DNA of 46,184 nucleotides from an uncultured Bacilli bacterium (GTDB lineage Bacteria; Bacillota_I; Bacilli_A; RF39; UBA660): NCBI GenBank assembly GCA_947628785.1, contig CANRBE010000002.1, positions 1 to 46,184 of the forward strand, read 5' to 3'. Shown piece by piece: positions 45,997 to 46,184 of this stretch (position 1 is its first letter; each line of letters starts with the position of its first letter). The notes under the pieces were generated by a model. It saw only the letters and a program-made list of their open reading frames with translations, ran no database searches and was not told where the DNA came from. The position numbers and the translations under genes were made by a program.

Positions 45997-46080
45997 TTAT
46001 AAAATTAAAATATAAATTGCTCCTATGAGCAATACAATTATAAAAAATTGTATAGATATTAAAAAATCTTTTTTACTCAT
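45997..46080 (-). CDS. Candidate type I toxin, 27 aa, copy 2 (identical peptide)
   Basis: Nucleotide-identical ORF, SD and anti-SD hairpin. Confidence 0.55.
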   Translation of the reverse strand: MSKKDFLISIQFFIIVLLIGAIYILIL

Positions 46081-46184
46081 AGGCAACACCTCCTTTTTAT
46101 GGAGGTGGCCCCTAACTATTAAGTGTCCTAAATAAATCATAGTACATAATGATAATAAAAACAAGCGAACAAGTGAAATTTGTC

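Larger units (their letters stand above)
45811..46183. repeat. Tandem repeat unit 2 (runs to the window edge)
   Basis: See unit 1. Confidence 0.9.

Noticed and set aside
1-46184. Possibility of genetic code 4 (TGA=Trp), given the Mollicutes-like base composition and the short SMC
   Set aside because: TGA terminates several well-defined genes (for example 29560-29562 and 35470-35472). Every long conserved gene is open under the standard code without internal TGA.

Overview
Very AT-rich chromosomal segment (about a quarter G+C by eye) from a low-GC Gram-positive bacterium (Bacillota; Erysipelotrichia/Clostridia-like, not assignable further). The standard bacterial code applies: TGA ends several genes and the long ORFs contain no in-frame TGA. 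The window holds about 40 genes, mostly on the + strand and mostly housekeeping or envelope-related. Recognised genes, in order: RNase Y, an EndA-like nuclease, an orphan KinA-E-like histidine kinase, RNase J, ftsY-ylxM, a HIT protein, galE, a TagF-like/GT1 fusion, a P2-type cation ATPase, a heterodimeric ABC exporter, a VanRS-like two-component system, smc and ogt. Seven things stand out. (1) Two tandem copies of a type I toxin-antitoxin-like module at the 3' end, missed by the ORF track: a 27-aa hydrophobic peptide with a sequestered SD, plus a convergent 3'-overlapping sRNA. (2) A stripped-down type VII secretion locus: essC, a yukD/esaB-like gene and a convergent Esx-like pair, wedged between rnj and ftsY without essA/essB/esaA. 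(3) A HerA/DUF87 ATPase in the position ffh normally occupies after ftsY-ylxM. (4) A SipW-type signal peptidase fused to a polytopic membrane domain, in an operon with a SipW-type-signal secreted protein and a DUF5305-like protein. (5) The same tandem Spo0A-box-like motif (TTCGACA-N3-ATCGACA) in front of the orphan kinase and inside the TA repeat. (6) Perfect 166-bp direct repeats around a 324-bp foldback, MITE-like segment. (7) Several strong-SD small ORFs. No rRNA, tRNA or CRISPR array was seen. All family assignments come from motif recognition by eye and need a database search to confirm.
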